Assembly: GCF_036321535.1 (NCBI RefSeq)
Contig: NC_087437.1
Location: 109,556,001-109,620,000, forward strand
Length of the DNA stretch: 64,000 nt
DNA from: Camelus dromedarius
Taxonomy: Eukaryota
Direction: 5' to 3'
Position numbers and translations under genes: made by a program. Shown here in pieces: positions 63,963 through 64,000 of the stretch (position 1 is the stretch's first letter; each line of letters begins with the position of its first letter). The notes under the pieces were generated by a model. That model did not search any database, was not told where the DNA came from, and worked only from the letters and a program-made list of their open reading frames with translations.

Positions 63963-64000
63963 CAGCATTTCTCAACTTCAGAGCTACTGAAATTTTGGAA
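63963..64000 (-). mobile_element. Probable MER20 end, truncated by the window edge
   Basis: CAGCATTTCTCAACTTCAGAGCTACTGAAATTTTGG resembles the MER20 terminus seen at 595. Confidence 0.5.

Noticed and set aside
595..64000. All four MER20 copies in the same orientation
   Set aside because: Four of four on one strand has a 1 in 8 chance; not meaningful.
1..64000. CRISPR arrays, rRNA, NUMT or processed pseudogene
   Set aside because: I saw no spaced direct-repeat array and no recognisable rRNA, mitochondrial or retrocopied mRNA sequence.

Overview
Mammalian genomic DNA, most likely a camelid (four copies of a Vic-1-like tRNA-derived SINE and young L1 3' ends). The only gene I can support is GRIK1 (kainate receptor subunit GluK1). 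Its first coding exon lies on the minus strand at 27416-27533, inside a CpG island at about 26.9-28.3 kb. Positions 1-27415 are the start of GRIK1 intron 1, and about 28.3-64 kb is upstream intergenic DNA. The rest is AT-rich sequence with MIR, L2, L1, MaLR/ERVL LTR, MER20 and Tigger fossils plus microsatellites; most listed ORFs are noise. Points worth checking: (i) several heavily decayed stretches that translate into Ty3/Gypsy-type pol motifs (RT, RNase H, integrase), best at 39.2-41.7 kb and 60.7-61.1 kb; (ii) a uORF-rich GRIK1 leader, including a uORF in frame with the CDS and a TGATG stop-start overlap; (iii) a candidate RE1/NRSE site in intron 1; (iv) an exact 30-bp copy of a diverged MIR segment 2.8 kb from its twin. 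Repeat family names and most repeat boundaries are by-eye estimates. The Gypsy calls rest on manual motif matching and need a frameshift-aware HMM search. I cannot demonstrate a new biological system from this sequence alone.
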